Position numbers and translations under genes: made by a program
Assembly: GCA_030248215.1 (NCBI GenBank)
Contig: JASANG010003338.1
Span: forward strand, 62,001 to 126,000
Reading direction: 5' to 3'
DNA from: Enoplolaimus lenunculus
Taxonomy: Eukaryota
DNA length: 64,000 nt
The notes under the pieces: generated by a model
The model's input: the letters and a program-made list of their open reading frames with translations, nothing else
Databases searched by the model: none
Told to the model about the DNA's origin: nothing
Shown here: piece after piece, positions 55,701 through 64,000 of the stretch
Numbering within the stretch: position 1 is the stretch's first letter
Layout: every line of letters starts with the position of its first letter

Positions 55701-58700
55701 ATTTTGAAGGTTTTTGAAGTTCTTGCAGCTGCAAATTATTCACTGGAATTCATGCTATTTTATTTAATTCGCACCTTTGAACGCAGTTGCAAGTCACTTG
55801 CATTGTTTGTACCTGCAGTTTGATTGGTCATTCGGAATGTTCTTTTGAAAATACTTGCAGCTGCATGTAGCGTGCAAGTTGCACCTGCGAGTTCTCGCTG
55901 CAAAAGCTTGCACGTGTGAATGGGGTCTTAAAAGAAAATTTAATGCTTTGGTTTTTTGTTGCTACACAGACGCATCGTTTTGGATTTAACGTAGTAATTT
56001 ATATTATGTTCAAGTTAAATTCACGTTTAAAAACGTGTTTCCGAATCGGAAAAATATTGTTTTAGACAAGTTAACGTAGCAATATTTGATTGTAGTTTAG
56101 CTTTACCGAGCCAAAAATTCCAAAATTTGTTCATGCGACGTTTTTGAGATTTGTTGTCAACCAACAGACACCATAAATCGATATTATACTTGTTAATACA
56201 AATTATCCGTATAGTCACAAATTTTGTAGTTGTGATTCCGATTCCGGTATAAATTTACATGGTCCGATTCCGATTCCGAACCCGATTTCGGTATAATCCA
56301 GTGCCGCTTTGCACCCTGACCGAAATGTCAGGGCTGGATTTTAAATTACACAGGTCATGTGTTCCTGATAACAGATATAAATTCGTTATACAGATGCGTA
56401 CGTATTACATTTATGAAAGAAATACATTTTGCGCACTGCTGTGAAACCATTTGAGTTTTTGTTTGTTTCACTTTCAGGCAGACATGGTTGTTGATTTGGC
56501 GTGTAATGGCGCTGCGAATATTTGCGTTAGTCATCAGTCGTTGTGTTTGTTTCTTGATTTTTGGTCGAACGACAATGAAGGCAGTGAAGATAATGAACAC
56601 GGCGCCAGTCAGTCTTCTGATGTTGACGACGGTACTTTTATATTTTGAGAGACTAGCCGAAGTTCAAGGCCTAAACCTAAGTTTTAGTCGTAAGTATCAA
56701 CCTAAGCCGAAGTTATGCGAAATCTGAAAAGTTCTAAAATTGTGAGAAAAAGTGAGTTAGAGCTTGGTCTGAGCCAAGAATAATTTGCGTATTTAGTTTA
56801 GGTTTATCAAGGTTTTTTTATAGTACAATCGCTAATGGTTAGGCTTGCAAGCTATCTAATTTTAGCATTAAAATGGTTTGATGACAGCGATTTTTAATAA
56901 ATTATTTAAAAACTCTCCAATTAGCATATTAGCAATACGATCTATGACAGTTACGGAATTACGTTAATGAATGTCAGTTTTATCAGCGTTTGTGCATTGG
57001 GTACCACAGGGTTTCGGCCGCTGGAAATCTAAACACGGCGCTTAGAAATCGACACACTTACAAATATTTTAATCTGCTAATTAGCATATTATTAATGCTT
57101 ATCACCGCAACAGCGCGTATGTATTATGTTTTAGTATTAGTTATTTCTAGGGTGCAAAGCTGAACTGGATTATACCGGAATCGGAATCGAAACAGCAAAT
57201 TTATACCGTAATTAGAAATTTTGTGACTGTTCGGATAATTTGTATTGACAAATACAATATTGATTTAGGGTGTCTGTTGCTGGTAACAATTTTCAAAAAT
57301 GTCGCATGAACCGACTAGCGTTGATTTATGATTTTGTAAAAGCTAAATTACAATCTGTTATTGATAAATTAACTCATCGAAAGGAATTTAATAGAAAATG
57401 ATACAGAATTTTTATACAACGTATAACAACAAGTAGGAATAACATTAAACTTTCAAAATTACGATTGCGATTGTTTGTGCAATCGGAGTCGGAATCGGAA
57501 CTCGCTTTGAGTCGGAATTGTAATCTGAATTGGAATTCCGTTTGCACCCTGGTTATTTTCACATTCAAGTGATGGACTGGGAGGTTTTGGCGTAGGAAAT
57601 ATAAGCGTTAGCATTATAAAATTGCCACAAATGCAAGGTTCCTAGCCACTTGCTAATAAGCAGGGTGCAACCGGAATTCCAACCGGTTGCACCCTGGTTA
57701 TTATCAAATTCAAGTGATTCAAGTGATGAACTGGGAGGTTTTGGCATCGCATGAACAAAGTGGCGATGATTTTTTGGTTCTGTAAAGCTAAACTACAATA
57801 AATTATTACTATTTTCAAAATAAAAGGGCAGTTTTGTGTGTTCAGAAGATCGACTGAATTTTTATGCATCATATCAGAGCAAGTAGGAATAAAATATACT
57901 TTTAAAATTCGGATTCCGGTTGATTGTGCAATAGGGATCGGAACCCGTTTTGAATCGGTATTACCACAATTCCTGTTACATCCGCAATTCCTGCAAAAAA
58001 CGATATTGTAGTTGCAAAATTCATCTCAAAATAAATTGAATTTGACGTAAGTAATATGTTTTGGGGAAACGTAACTCTTATGAGCCCAATAATAATTGCT
58101 GGACTGGTGCCTGAAAATTCATGGTTAGCTGATAATTTGCGCTAGGTATAAAACATAAAGAAAACCCAGCAAGACTACAAATGCGGAAAACAGGAGATGT
58201 TACTTTAGGACGGGACGACATTTAATCAAATTCTATTGTGTTTTTCTAGTTACAAAATGAGAACCTGAGAAGTATATATTGCAATTTCAGGCATTCTGGT
58301 TATATTCAGTTTTTTCACATTTTTATTTTTTGTAGGTGGCTATAAACGCGTGGTACGTGTTACAGCTATGAACTGCGGCGTAATATTGAACAGACTGCCA
58401 GGTGATGGAGGGCCTTTGGCAAACTTGATCATGGAGAAGGTTAATGCAGATGTTATACTGACAAAGGTACAATTGCTTTTGAAAAATATAATTTTCTTTT
58501 CAAACATAAAAATGGTCTTTGGTTTTAAAAATATTTTTTGCTTCACTGTAAAAATAGTTTAATAATTATTGCTTTGTAACACGAATATGTGATTTCGTAA
58601 GTTATTAGTGGGCAAAATGTTTTGTGCTAGACAGATATAGGGTATGCTATTACTTTTTTGTGCTACACAGATATAGCTCTTGCTATTACTTGTCTGTCTA

Positions 58701-61700
58701 TTCAGTAATATGAAAGTTACAGTTAAGTGAGATGGAGCGTACCCTTTCGTAATGTATCAGTTTTTGACTTGTCGTAAAATGAAATAGACGTACGTGAGAC
58801 TATTTTCGTGTCACTGAAATGTTCACGAGTTAATTTTAAGAGCGGATTCGAAATCGCTGGCTGTATGAATTCATTTTCCGTATTTGACGCATCGATTCAG
58901 GATTGCTCATTGTATGATAATCGATTGCGTATAACTAAATCAAATGACAGTTCATTGGTCGATGCTGATAAAGTTATCAAATTCGAATTTGTCAAGTAAG
59001 CTGACGGTCGCGAGCAGTGCTACAGTTAGGCTAGGGAACCTGAGCCTCTCCAAGCTGTGAGATGGGCTCCCTCGTAAAATATCGTTTCGTCAATTTACCA
59101 AAAAATGATGGTTCAGATTTGCCTTCGCATGTTCCTTGGCAAATTACTTGACTTGTGTGGTTTTGCTTTTTACGCGCTTATGTAATAGTATAACAAAATT
59201 CGAAGATATAACTTTTTAAATTACCTTTATTACAATTTATGAAAGTGTTTTAGGTTTACGCGTACAGATCCTAAGCTAAACCAACGGTCTTTTGACGTCA
59301 AGCTTGGTCTGTACAGCTCGAAATCATCTCAGGTTCACTATATACATCTTCATCGGCTCACCATGGAGCTGCTCAGCTTTATGCAGGAACTGTTTGCTCA
59401 ACAAGATATGTTGGCGCACGTGAAACGACTAACTGCGGGATTACCGGTAATAAATTACAATATATTTTATACTTTGTATTACTTATCTAGTCAGTGTGGT
59501 TGCGAGACTGCCTGTAACATCAATATAATGAACACAAATACACTTAAATAATTTGCTACTCCTCGTATAGTTTTGTCTGTTGATACTTTTGGAATAATGT
59601 TTACTCAGGACCAAGCTTAAAGCACGATTTGTGGACACGCACTGTTTTTTGAATGATTTGCATTTGCTTGTATTCCAGAATAAAATGCTTTTTGTTCGTC
59701 CGTGATATTAGGTTAGTAACGTTCTAAAAATGCACTGCCGCTAAATTCAAAATAGTTTCCGTCTTGTAACGTAAACAGCAACACACTTACGAAAGTTAGA
59801 CAGTTTAGCTATTCATTTTTAATGATCGTTTTCTCTTTTGTTGTTAGCTCGACACGGGTCCGAAACACAGTTCACGGATATTACTTGCTGGAGTCTTGCA
59901 CAATGTTCACATAGCAATACCAGTATCGTTGGCAAATCGTGAAAACGTCGTCGCCATCGCAGATAATATTACATTCAGCAATCGTTTTAGATTTTTCAGT
60001 GCAAAGTCTGGTGCCCCAGATAATGTGCCTGGTACAGTATTGTGTTTAATATTGCAGCTCATCGTCGTTAACTATGTAGCATATAACATGCTACAAATCA
60101 GTTCTTGTGTACTGTTTTGCAAATTTAAAGTTTACGTCTTTGGGCTTCGGTAAGTGCTAAATCTTAGGCTTGCTTAGGTAATGGGTCTTTAAACTAGAAG
60201 CCGGTATAGTGAGAATTATTCTGGAAATATAAATGTTTGGCAGCTAGCAATAATACAGTAAAACCGAAGTTAAGCTGAAAGGTGTATATCCTTATGCACT
60301 CAGAATAATACACTAATCGGCAAGTCCAGCATTTTAGTATAGCGTGAGCTGAAACTAGCGTTTTGTATGGAATTTCACCGAATGTAATCGTGTTATCTTT
60401 AGAAAGTGAATGGTTTGATTGTCTTTTGGACGACATGTCAATTTTGGCTAGCAATCTAACACTGCAAACCGGTGATTGGCAATCAGGCGAAGTCGAACCG
60501 TCAATAACAGAAACAGCTGTTACTATGCAAGAGTTTTATGTTGCAAGATCGGTATGTTTGTTTCAAGAGTCAGTTTAATCATTATTTGAAGCAGCGTTTC
60601 TGAATTGTTTGTTGCGAACATTTTGTAGTGTATTACTTGACAGAAGTAACTGGGAGAAAATTGTAGACTTACATAGTTAGATGTTTGCTTGAGTGCGTCA
60701 CACGGTTAGCCAAGCTATAACTATTATATATTAACTATTATATATATTATATATTCCTTTTAAGGGAAATAGTCTTACTGGTCCATTAAATGAGTTGACA
60801 ATTTCGGTGGAACGAAACTTGGATACGGAGTTCAGCCGATGTGGTAGGTTGTTGCTTTTGAAAATGTTTTGTAATAAGAATACAGTTTTACACAATATGG
60901 TTCATATTTGAGCGGTAATATTTGGAAAGAGATGCTAGCTGTGGTTATCCACCAACTTAAATTTGATGTATTCTTCGGTTGAAAAAGTCAAATACGAGTA
61001 CAAGATTGTGAACGCAAACGTAGTAAATGCAATCGCGGTTGCTTATAGTGGGGAGCGCTGGACTACGGATGTGGCTTTTAAGATTTGACTAATGATTACG
61101 TGGTTGTGATACTTTTTTAATATATATTGATAAATGATGTTTTCAGTTCCGGACTTGTCGATCTCAACATCAGTCTTTGATATTTCGCTTCAAATAAGCC
61201 GGGCACAATATCGAATATTGCGCGGAATTGTTGAACACAATTTTGCCGAGCCTGTGGCCCCGCTGCGTTATGGATTTATGCAGATGCAATCGAAAACTCT
61301 ACAATTGGGTCGTGATAACACAAGACAAGTACAGTCACGATCTTTAGTGCAAACATGGTCGCGTTCGAAGCCGGGGCTGTCACCCTCTTTAAATAAAGGG
61401 GGGTAAGGCAAAAGCGCAACCCGTGCCGGGTCATTCTTTCTACGCAGAATGTGCTCAGTTGCACACTCTTGTTAAATTGCGATTATCCGCTCTTGGTAAT
61501 ACGAAGTCAATTTTTTATTTTTTTAATTGTTTTTTGCTTCAAATAGGTAGGTATTAGATAATTCATAATATTAATTTGAGTGATGATTTGTTTGAAAAGC
61601 AAAGTCGGAAATTGGCGAAAGAAAGAGTCGCTGGTGACTCTTTAGACAGGAGTTTGCAACTTACTTAAATCCGTGTGACACAAAAAGAACCGCAGTGTTT

Positions 61701-63913
61701 TGCGTTTTCAATCAGCCCCCCCCCCAATTTATAGTGGTTACATACTAACGGAAGCACACAATATTTAAACATGTTGTTTGCACAATATAAACGGAGCAAT
61801 GACAGTACAGCGGTTTGGTACGCAAAATGAAAAGAATCAGTTAACTTCCACCCCCATATGTGGGTTGGGTAGCATAAAAAACGCAACGCGTGTTGGACAT
61901 ATTCCTCTGCACACGGAATGTATGTAGTTGTATAATCTTGTGTAGACATTTACGTATCTACACTTGGTGAAAGTAACATACCTGATAATGTGCAATTTTA
62001 ACTGTAACACATAAGACCTCAACCTTCTGTTATAGTTTTCAACACCGACTTCTGGTAGCTACGTAACTACGCGTTTTTTGCTCAACCTATCAAACGTCAC
62101 ATTAGAGTGCTTCGAGGATTCCAGTGACCCGCGACGCGAGCATAATTCAAATCGAAACGTTGAACAATTGATTATACGGGCGTGGTTTGGCCAAGGCCGC
62201 ATCTGCGTTGACAGCATGTCAGACGGCAGTAAAAATTTGGATTTAACATCGGAGGAGATGACGTTGGTTGATACGCGTTATGAAGGTTATTATGTTTTTC
62301 GGTGTTTTGTTAGCTGAAATTATGGATTTTGTTGAAAGTATTGTTATTTTTATCTGAGAGTGGTCCGATTTCTCGGACTTAAGAATCGGACTGCAGAAGA
62401 GATTACAAGAATCCTGATTTCAGAAGAAGGTTTAATTTCGTTGACATCGTAAATGTTTTCCTCAATCGCTCTAACGGCGTTTTCAACTTCCGTGGTGTGA
62501 AAGCCATCAAAGCACTGCTTATTGTAAATGAGTTTTGGATCATCTGCGCTATTCGTCTGAACGTCAATATGAACGTCAGATTGGTCTCGATTTCCGTTAT
62601 ATACATATAGGAGCATTGCATAATATATCCGCTGAGGCAGAGTGTAACCGAATTCATGATTTTTGACCGAATCCGAATCCATTGCTAATTTGCTGAATCC
62701 GAATCCGAACCTTTGTTGCCACTTTGCGCAAAGGATAATATAAATAGCACGGACGCAAAGACCATGGAACCGGACTAAAAAATTTTTTGGACGCAGGATG
62801 GACTCGGGTTCGATTTTGAAAAAATACCCTGTTGCAGAAGAGATAACAGATTAATATAACTGCACCAGAACAATTCTGTTGTTGCAGCTCACGCGAATAG
62901 TATTGTTTTGGTTGGAAATAGTTTTTGTATTTTTACAGATTTGGCTGTTAACAAACGTCCTTCCGCGTACCCAGTGATAGTTCAACATAGGCCAGATTAC
63001 AGCGTATCACCAGGTCATTTGCAAGTAGGTATTTTCAATTTTTAACACGCAAAACGAGTTCTGGATGAGATGTTATTATATGTATTGAAACAATGGATTT
63101 ATGTGCAATGGTGACACCTGCATCTGCTTTATTTGTACAGAACAATGTTGCACAGTGCATACATAACAATACGTACATTTTGATTGAATGTAAGATTTAA
63201 ATATGCATAACGTGGGCGAGTGGTCTGTGTCTTCACAACTTGCTGGGAATTATTGTTTGGCCTATGTGTTTTTTTCAGACTGAAGTGCATCTACACATTT
63301 CTCCTCTTAAAATGCGTTTGACTGTTTTGCTCTCAAACGTTCGTTTGATTATAATCGATGATTGGCTGTTACTTTCGCGTGGTTTCATTTTGACCGATCC
63401 GCTGCCAAAGACGGAACGAAGTATGCGCCTTATTTATTACTGAAATCATGAATTTTTTATTGTTTTTATGAACTTTTTGGTTGTGTTAAATTATCTACAG
63501 TTGAAAAAGTTGTGGAAAAATTACAACCTTGTACAGTTTATTTTTGTGTCTATTTACTAGCAGTTTCATTGATCCTCTGTGTACAAATATTGTCACATTT
63601 CAATGATGAAACTATTTTAAACAACTTTTGGTTCCCTTATGAATTTGAAGTTATTTTTGATAGGCAAGTACTTTTAGCAATGCCAAAAAACAGAACAAAT
63701 TCTACTTCAAGCTCAACTGGAATTTTGACAAAGTTACCGAATGCTTCGAAATCACACCGTGACTTGTGGCGCAGTCATAGTAGTCGAGCAGCTGATATTC
63801 CATTGGATTCTGTAGAAAATGGATCACTCGATACTAAAATTAATTTAATTGAATCAGAACTTGTTTTGCTCGAAGACTATTCTGCGTTGAATAGTTTGGC
63901 GTTTTTGATCAAA
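28797..63913 (+). CDS. VPS13D: VPS13D-like bridge-like lipid transfer protein, multi-exon, 3' end beyond the window
   Basis: Exon 28797-28893 reads [33 protein letters not shown] (chorein N-terminus). Phase-consistent exons follow at 29322-29399 ([26 protein letters not shown]), 29842-29951 ([24 protein letters not shown]), 30174-30251, 30594-30707 ([12 protein letters not shown]), 31067-31186, 31351-31500, 32047-32160, 32379-32521 (FRKWRP), 32922-33168 (PRKWWKFA), 38449-38553, 38710-38925, 56478-56631, from 58336, and a last exon ending at 63913 ([13 protein letters not shown]). Not all internal exons were delimited. D-subfamily call is from recalled N-terminal similarity. Confidence 0.93.
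29030..29249. mobile_element. Degenerate family B copy in the first coding intron of VPS13D
   Basis: Internal similarity to 27750-27975 and terminus TTCCGGTTGCACTCTG. Confidence 0.7.
38134..38235 (+). repeat. 51-bp tandem duplication
   Basis: ATTCACTGAAGTTAGCCACCCGCGAGCCTRTTGCCATATGTCAATCGGGAT twice. Confidence 0.95.
38764..39169 (+). repeat. Perfect 203-bp tandem duplication (2 copies)
   Basis: 38764-38966 is identical to 38967-39169 by direct reading. Confidence 0.95.
49159..49391. mobile_element. Degenerate hAT-type MITE
   Basis: ATTAGTAA|CAGGGGGATCC ... GGATCCGCTCATG|ATTAGAAA (7/8 TSD). Confidence 0.55.
49489..51503 (-). CDS. NPY/NPF-type (FLP-27-like) RFamide neuropeptide precursor, 2 exons (51503-51298, 49543-49489), 86 aa, nested antisense in a VPS13D intron
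   Basis: Hydrophobic signal peptide ([19 protein letters not shown]), RQRR convertase site, exon 1 ends ATG AG|gtaagt, exon 2 starts tttcag|A TTT GGC AAA CGA. The join reads ...[22 protein letters not shown], with an amidation Gly and dibasic site. Confidence 0.9.
49964..50237. mobile_element. Harbinger-like MITE in the neuropeptide intron; related right end at ~55850-55927
   Basis: ~48-bp TIR AGCCCTATTCACACGTGCAAGTTTTTGCTGCGAGAACTTGCAGCTGCA with a near-perfect inverted copy; flanks TGA/TAA. Confidence 0.8.
50828..50871 (+). repeat. (TTA)n microsatellite
   Basis: Direct reading. Confidence 0.95.
51579..51586 (-). promoter_or_regulatory. Candidate TATA box (TATATAAA) of the neuropeptide gene
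   Basis: Minus-strand TATATAAA about 75 nt upstream of the ATG at 51503; the sequence is AT-rich, so support is positional only. Confidence 0.5.
56070..56318 (-). mobile_element. Inverted partial copy of the 57148 MITE
   Basis: Reverse complement begins CAGGGTGCAAAGCGGCACTGGATTATACCG and aligns by eye with 57148-57365. Confidence 0.8.
57148..57551 (+). mobile_element. hAT-type MITE related to family B, near-complete
   Basis: GTTATTTC|TAGGGTGCAAA ... TTTGCACCCTG|GTTATTTT (7/8 TSD), GGAATC arrays. Related pieces at 57661-57696 (TIRs only) and ~57747-57960. Confidence 0.8.
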
Positions 63914-64000
63914 GTAAGTTTTCAATATGGATATACATATCTTCATTTTTTTTTCAATTTTTAGTGTAAGCGAAAATTGTTTGAAAATTTGGTGAGGTTT

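Overview
AT-rich, intron-rich animal genomic DNA, most likely nematode (TTTCAG-type acceptors, degenerate TTAGGC hexamers, an ODR-2/HOT-like Ly-6 gene, an RMRFamide peptide). Most ORF-track entries are spurious; the real genes are spliced and I assembled them by hand from splice sites and reading phase. Plus strand: (1) a Ly-6/three-finger ODR-2/HOT-like gene (~9810-12652); (2) a 9-exon SPATA7-like ciliary gene (15631-23042) with an upstream RFX X-box-like site; (3) the 5' part of a large VPS13D gene (28797 to beyond the window end). The main hidden item is a two-exon neuropeptide precursor on the minus strand (51503-49489), nested inside an 8.8-kb VPS13D intron. It encodes [27 protein letters not shown] and has the phase-2 intron in the last Arg codon typical of NPY/NPF genes. 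Intergenic and intronic DNA carries hAT-, Harbinger- and TA-targeting MITEs, tRNA-derived repeats and short tandem duplications. Homology statements rest on recalled family motifs, not database searches.
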